A stretch of 38,883 nt of DNA from a virus (taxonomy: Duplodnaviria; Caudoviricetes). The DNA lies in IMG/VR virus record IMGVR_UViG_3300037722_000236, positions 1 through 38,883 of that record, one strand, 5' to 3'. How positions within the stretch are numbered: the first letter of the stretch is position 1; each line of letters starts with the position of its first letter. The notes beneath the pieces are model-generated. The model was given only the letters and a program-made list of their open reading frames with translations, was not told the DNA's origin and made no database searches. This document shows positions 34,350 through 38,883 of the stretch, piece by piece. The translations under genes and the position numbers were made by a program.

Positions 34350-35392
34350 GCGAAGAATTAGAAATTATCCAATCAGAAGGGATTGAGGTTTATCAATCCG
34401 ATGAAAAAGCAGCTATCGACATTCAGGTTGCAACCGCAAAACAATACCCTCGCAATGTCAGAAGGGCAGTTGATAACTCTATTGCAATCGTGACAATGGA
34501 CAAGGACACGGCTGAAACATGCACTTATTCACTTCCCCGGGGAGGTAAAAAAATTAACGGGCCATCCGTTCATCTTGCACGTATCATTGCTCAAAATTGG
34601 CAAAATCTACGAATTGAATCAAAGGTTGTCAATATCACACAAACACAAGTCGTTTCTGAGGCTGTATGCTTTGATTTAGAAACAAACTATGCTGTAAAGG
34701 TTCAGGTTCGTAAAAACATTCTAAAAAACGAATACATCAGTGGTAGGGCAACCGGACGAAAAATAAGGATGGATGAGGACATGATTACGGTAACGGGGAA
34801 TGCTTCAAATGCGATTGCTTATCGTAATGCAGTGTTTGCTGTTATTCCAAAGTCAATCACTGACAAGGTTTACAGTGCTTCCAAAAACATGATCACAGGC
34901 GACCTTTCATCGGAAGAAAAACTAATCAAGCGTAGGAATGATGCGATTAAGCATTTCAAAGATAACTACGAAGTAACCGAAGAACAAATTTTGGAGGTTT
35001 TGGGGCTTAATTCAGTCAACCAAATCAAACAGGATGAAATTGTTAATTTGGTCGGTCTGGCACAAGCAATCAAAGACGGCGACACTACGGTTCAAGACAC
35101 TTTTGGAGGCACAAAGAAAGCCGAAAAAGCCAAAGTAGACGAAAATCAGCAAAAGATAATGGATGACCTTCAAAAAGTCAAAGACAAAAAAGAAGCTTCA
35201 AAAAACAAAGAACCGGAACAGCCTGATGAACTTCAAAAAGTAGAGTTTGCAACCGTAGATGAAGCACGAAAGTTTTTTATTGAAGACCTCGGAGTAATCC
35301 CTGAAAATTTGACCGGAAAGAAAATCTTTGAAACGGCTAAAGAATTGGGATTTGAAGTTATTGTTACCCCGAAAGATGGGAAGTTATTGTAA
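34346..35392 (+). CDS. Putative single-strand annealing/recombination protein
   Basis: TAKQYPRN...YSLPRGGKKINGPSVHLA...WQNL family, typically near YqaJ exonucleases. Function is inferred from context. Confidence 0.6.
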   Translation: MSEELEIIQSEGIEVYQSDEKAAIDIQVATAKQYPRNVRRAVDNSIAIVTMDKDTAETCTYSLPRGGKKINGPSVHLARIIAQNWQNLRIESKVVNITQTQVVSEAVCFDLETNYAVKVQVRKNILKNEYISGRATGRKIRMDEDMITVTGNASNAIAYRNAVFAVIPKSITDKVYSASKNMITGDLSSEEKLIKRRNDAIKHFKDNYEVTEEQILEVLGLNSVNQIKQDEIVNLVGLAQAIKDGDTTVQDTFGGTKKAEKAKVDENQQKIMDDLQKVKDKKEASKNKEPEQPDELQKVEFATVDEARKFFIEDLGVIPENLTGKKIFETAKELGFEVIVTPKDGKLL

Positions 35393-35411
35393 TCAAACAT
35401 AAATTAAAACT

Positions 35412-36548
35412 ATGAGTACACTAGTAAAAATTGACCCTAAAGACTTTGGGTTAGAGGAGAACAAAGCAAAACAAATTGAAGAAGCATTTAAGCCGATGCT
35501 TACAAAGATGGTTGAGTTGGAAGATGAGTACAACGAAATCATTAAACTTGAAATAACTCCGGTCACCGTAAAGAAAGCCAAAGAATTAAGGCTGAAATAC
35601 GTTAAGATACGGACAGGAACAGCAGCTATCCACAAAGATTTAAAAGCTTTTTATTTGGCTGGTGGTCGATTTGTTGATGGTTGGAAAAATGCACAAGTAT
35701 TCGCTTCACAGGGTGTTGAAGAAAAACTGAAAGCAATTGAGGATTATTACGAGAATCTTGAAAGAGAAAGAATCTTAAAACTTCAAGAAGAACGTGCCGA
35801 AAAGATTTCAAAGTATTTGAGTGATACTGACATTATCCCTAATAATTTAGGGGAAATGAATGAATCGGTTTGGCGAAATCTGCTTGTCGGAACAAAAGCC
35901 AATTATGATGCACGTATCGAAGCTGAACGAAAAGCAGAAGAAGAACGCATTGAAAATCAGAGGTTGGATAAGTTGGAAAGTGATCGTTTTAATCGGTCAA
36001 TCGTTTACACGCAGTTTTGGAGCGAAGAATCATACGACTTTCGGGGTATGTCAGATAACAACTTTGAAAAGTTAATGGCTGACCTGAAAGAAAAGAAAGC
36101 CGAATACGATGCTGAACAAGCTGCAATTAAAGCTGAAAACGAAAGGTTAAAAGCCGAAGCCGAAGCAAAAGAGAATGCACGAATTGAAGAAGAAAAAGAG
36201 CGTGCTAAAAAAGAAGCAGCCGAAAGAGCAGAGAATGAAGCTAAGTTAGAGGCTGAAAGAAAGAAGCGAGAACAGATTGAGGAAGAACTTAGAGCCGCAA
36301 AAGAAGCCACAGAGGCAAAAGAACGCAAGGAGCGCGAAGAACGTGAACGCTTGGAAAAGGAAAGGATTGAAGCTGAAAAACAAGCTGCAAAAGCACCAGA
36401 CAAAGACAAAATGAAGGCTGCTATTAATTCTTTATCACTTGAAATGCCTATGTGTTCAACAAAAGATGGTGAACGTATAGCCGAAGAAATAAATGCTAAG
36501 TTCATAGCGTTTAAGAAATGGAGCAATTCGCTTATTGAAACTATGTAA
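35412..36548 (+). CDS. Long coiled-coil protein of the recombination module (DUF1351-like)
   Basis: AKELRLKYVKIRT..HKDLK..YL..GRFVD, then an E/K/R/A-rich coil. Confidence 0.7.
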   Translation: MSTLVKIDPKDFGLEENKAKQIEEAFKPMLTKMVELEDEYNEIIKLEITPVTVKKAKELRLKYVKIRTGTAAIHKDLKAFYLAGGRFVDGWKNAQVFASQGVEEKLKAIEDYYENLERERILKLQEERAEKISKYLSDTDIIPNNLGEMNESVWRNLLVGTKANYDARIEAERKAEEERIENQRLDKLESDRFNRSIVYTQFWSEESYDFRGMSDNNFEKLMADLKEKKAEYDAEQAAIKAENERLKAEAEAKENARIEEEKERAKKEAAERAENEAKLEAERKKREQIEEELRAAKEATEAKERKEREERERLEKERIEAEKQAAKAPDKDKMKAAINSLSLEMPMCSTKDGERIAEEINAKFIAFKKWSNSLIETM

Positions 36549-36599
36549 TCAGACAACCCCGAAGCTGCTTAATTGTGGCTTCGGGTTAAAAAACTAAAC

Positions 36600-36767
36600 A
36601 TGAAAAAAGAAACAAAAGAAAAACTTTTTACAGCGTGGAAATACTGCAAAGAAAATGATAAATCTCCTGAATTTATGATTCAATACATGCAAGATTTCGC
36701 AAATGTCTCGTTTGACTGTGTTATCTCATTTATTCAAAAAGAGGCCGTGAAATTATTAAAGAGGTAA
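36600..36767 (+). CDS. Small hypothetical protein
   Basis: Start reset to ATG 36600; AWKYCKENDKSPEFMIQYMQD. Confidence 0.65.
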   Translation: MKKETKEKLFTAWKYCKENDKSPEFMIQYMQDFANVSFDCVISFIQKEAVKLLKR

Positions 36768-36783
36768 TAATTAAAGACTAAAC

Positions 36784-37134
36784 ATGATAAAAACAAAATT
36801 TACTAAAGGCCAGTGGCATGCAGTTGATTATGCAGGTTCTTACTGTATTCAAGATGGCCCATATTACACAGATAAGGACTTGCTTTCTTATGCTTCAATT
36901 TGCGGCGATGATGTTTCGACAGAAAGAGAAACTGTAAAGGCTAATGTAAAGCTAATACTTGCTGCGCCAAGACTGTTTTACGAAATTGTCTTAATAGCAA
37001 ATCATGAAGGATGGGCTTACTTATTTGACATCATTAAAGAAGTAACAGGTATTGACTATGATTATGGGAGTGATGCTTTCCAGAAATTAGTAAAAGAGGC
37101 GAAAGAATATATCTCCAAAAAAGCAACCGAATGA
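36784..37134 (+). CDS. Hypothetical protein (TxGxW...AN..LI.AAP family)
   Basis: KFTKGQW...ANVKLILAAPRL. Confidence 0.7.
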   Translation: MIKTKFTKGQWHAVDYAGSYCIQDGPYYTDKDLLSYASICGDDVSTERETVKANVKLILAAPRLFYEIVLIANHEGWAYLFDIIKEVTGIDYDYGSDAFQKLVKEAKEYISKKATE

Positions 37135-38000
37135 AAAAATACAAACCAATAAGGATAGTTCCGAAAAATGAAGCCGATTGGTTGAAATTGAAAGCTGGAA
37201 CAATAGGTTCTAGCGAGGCAACAATAGCTTGTGGAATTTCACAATGGAAAAGTCCTTATGAATTATTTCTTGAAAAAACAGGAAAGAAACAGCCTGATGG
37301 GGTCAATGATTCGATGATTCTAGGAAAACTATTAGAAAGACCGCTGGCTGAATTTTGGGCTATCAAAACAGGACACCGACCATTCAAGGGAACATTTAGG
37401 GATATTGTTTACAAACATCCTGACTATGATTTTATTTCCTGCACTCCTGATGTATTTTTCAGACATGAATCAACGGGTCAAAAATGGTTATTGGAAGTTA
37501 AAAATCCTGACAACAGAAGGGTAGAAGAACCAGAAGATTCATGGGTCATTCAATTGAATTGGCAACTTGGAATATTGGGGATGAAACATGGGGCTTTACT
37601 ATGGTCTTACCCTCAACGTGGCGTTTATTTTAAATATGTTGAGATTGATTTTAATCAGGATTTGTTTGATTCTGTTTTAAGTGGGGTCATTGAGTTTTGG
37701 ACTGAGTATGTACAAAAAAATATTGAGCCACCATTAAGTCGAGCTTCTGATGTTACCCATAAATTCCCAACCGAAGAACCCGGCAAAACCATTGAAGCAA
37801 GCGAATCAATAGCTGGAAAATGGGCTTTCATGAAAGAAATGCAAGGCGTAATCAGCACCAATTCAAAGATTTTAGAAGGTCACAAAGAAGAAGTGAAATT
37901 ACTCATGGAAGATGCTGAATCAATTAAAATGCACGATCAAACGTTATTCTCATGGAAAGCCAATAAGAACGGCACCAGACGGTTTAGGATGCTAGATTGA
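37131..38000 (+). CDS. YqaJ/lambda-exonuclease-family recombination nuclease
   Basis: WL...IGSSE, SPYELFLEKTG, G..LE, CTPD, LEVK, Q..WQL. Confidence 0.9.
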   Translation: MKKYKPIRIVPKNEADWLKLKAGTIGSSEATIACGISQWKSPYELFLEKTGKKQPDGVNDSMILGKLLERPLAEFWAIKTGHRPFKGTFRDIVYKHPDYDFISCTPDVFFRHESTGQKWLLEVKNPDNRRVEEPEDSWVIQLNWQLGILGMKHGALLWSYPQRGVYFKYVEIDFNQDLFDSVLSGVIEFWTEYVQKNIEPPLSRASDVTHKFPTEEPGKTIEASESIAGKWAFMKEMQGVISTNSKILEGHKEEVKLLMEDAESIKMHDQTLFSWKANKNGTRRFRMLD

Positions 38001-38020
38001 CGGTCAGCGAAGCGCATGGA

Positions 38021-38151
38021 GGCTAACGGTCGAGTGTAGCACAAGTAAGGGATTGCGGAGTGCGAACCTGTCAAGTTACACCGACCAACGAGCGGGCTAC
38101 AACGCTTCAAATTTGCAGTAAACCCCTTATTGGTGCTACACTTTGTTAGCG
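38021..38151 (+). mobile_element. attC-like recombination site 1
   Basis: GCTAAC...GTTAGC ends enclosing AGTGTAGCAC-AAGTAAGGG / CCCTTATTG-GTGCTACACT; 131 nt. Confidence 0.65.
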
Positions 38152-38193
38152 TTTCGTTATTTTTAAATTATTAATTACTAAATACTTATAAAA

Positions 38194-38412
38194 ATGTCAA
38201 AAACAAAACAAGCGTATCTGCGAGATGCGGAAGAAATTGAAAGCCTCGAAGAAGGTAAAGAAGTGATATTAATGTTCGCAAATGGCGAAGAATACACTGG
38301 TATTTTTAAAGGCTTAGACGATGAACAAATCATTCTAAAGGCTTTAGATTCTGAAAGTATGATTGGACTTCCTTTGAATATGCTCAAAGGTTATTTGGAG
38401 CGTTTTAAATGA
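38194..38412 (+). CDS. Cassette gene: small Sm/SH3-like beta-barrel protein
   Basis: GKEVILMFANGEEYTGIFKGLDDEQIIL. The stop codon abuts the next site (TGAACGCTAAC). Confidence 0.7.
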   Translation: MSKTKQAYLRDAEEIESLEEGKEVILMFANGEEYTGIFKGLDDEQIILKALDSESMIGLPLNMLKGYLERFK

Positions 38413-38883
38413 ACGCTAACGTTACACAGCTATGAGTAGTGCGGGCATTACAGCACTGAACTTGATACGAGTATTAACCGCTCCCGCTTCTTTTTTTAGC
38501 GTGGGCACAAACTAAATAAAGATGAAAAAACAAATTACAGTAAAAGAAAGAAACAATTGGGAGGGCGAAACATTTAATTATGTGATATATGTTACCCCCG
38601 AAGAAGAAAGCCAAATTCGTGAAAAATGTGAAAAATATGGCGATGGTAGCCTGATGGTGCAAGAAACCAATTACACGGATGAAGAAACTAAAAAGATGAA
38701 TGCAGCATCTGGCAATGGTTATATGGACTTCATAGCACCGTATGAACTGAACAAAGATGCTCTAAAAAACTGGGAAGAATTTGGTGATTGTTTCTACAAA
38801 GGCGTTGGATTAACGAAATTAAAAGCGTTGGCAGAAAAAGAAGCACAGCACTAACGTTGATACGAACTACGACACCCGCATTA
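38412..38883 (+). mobile_element. attC-like site 2, interrupted by an inserted gene and truncated by the window edge
   Basis: Left arm AACGCTAAC-GTTAC-ACAGCTATGAGTAGTGCGGG. The complementary CCCGCATTA appears only at 38875-38883. Confidence 0.55.
38522..38854 (+). CDS. Nested hypothetical acidic protein
   Basis: 110 aa (ERNNWEGETFNY), flanked by AGCGT(G/T)GGCA direct repeats. Confidence 0.75.
   Translation: MKKQITVKERNNWEGETFNYVIYVTPEEESQIREKCEKYGDGSLMVQETNYTDEETKKMNAASGNGYMDFIAPYELNKDALKNWEEFGDCFYKGVGLTKLKALAEKEAQH

Noticed and set aside
36005-36556. Minus-strand 183 aa ORF
   Set aside because: Antisense shadow of the E/K/A-rich coiled-coil gene.
1-38883. Integrase, reverse transcriptase (DGR/retron), transposase, canonical tRNA or rRNA genes
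   Set aside because: No catalytic motifs or complete canonical structures were recognised in this window.

Overview
About 39 kb of an AT-rich tailed dsDNA phage or prophage. The host is probably Bacteroidota, judging from TTTG-N19/20-TAnnTTTG promoters, A-rich translation starts without SD sequences and a DUF3127-type SSB. The minus strand carries a siphovirus-like virion module (1-16572: tail protein running off the left edge, tape measure, tail tube, head-tail proteins, major capsid, scaffold, portal, PBSX-type TerL). It then carries a block of small accessory genes (17220-24806: SSB, MazG-like, two ribbon-helix-helix regulators, several inactivated genes) and a P22 gp3-like TerS (25600-26160). 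A divergent plus-strand arm starts at a consensus promoter at about 26450 and holds small early genes, an XRE HTH, and a recombination module (annealing-type protein plus YqaJ exonuclease). No integrase, polymerase, helicase or endolysin was recognised. The most unusual signals are non-coding: (1) attC-like hairpins delimiting an integron-style gene cassette at 38021-38883, with a second gene nested inside the loop of one site; (2) 19 strand-specific copies of TAAAAAAC in 1.4 kb, mostly inside coding sequence; (3) several tRNA-like elements in early leaders; (4) two large structured ORF-free regions; (5) short RNAs that look antisense to translation-initiation regions; (6) a palindromic ATAGA-N5-TCTAT box at five late-type promoters. 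All family assignments come from motif recognition by eye, not database searches.
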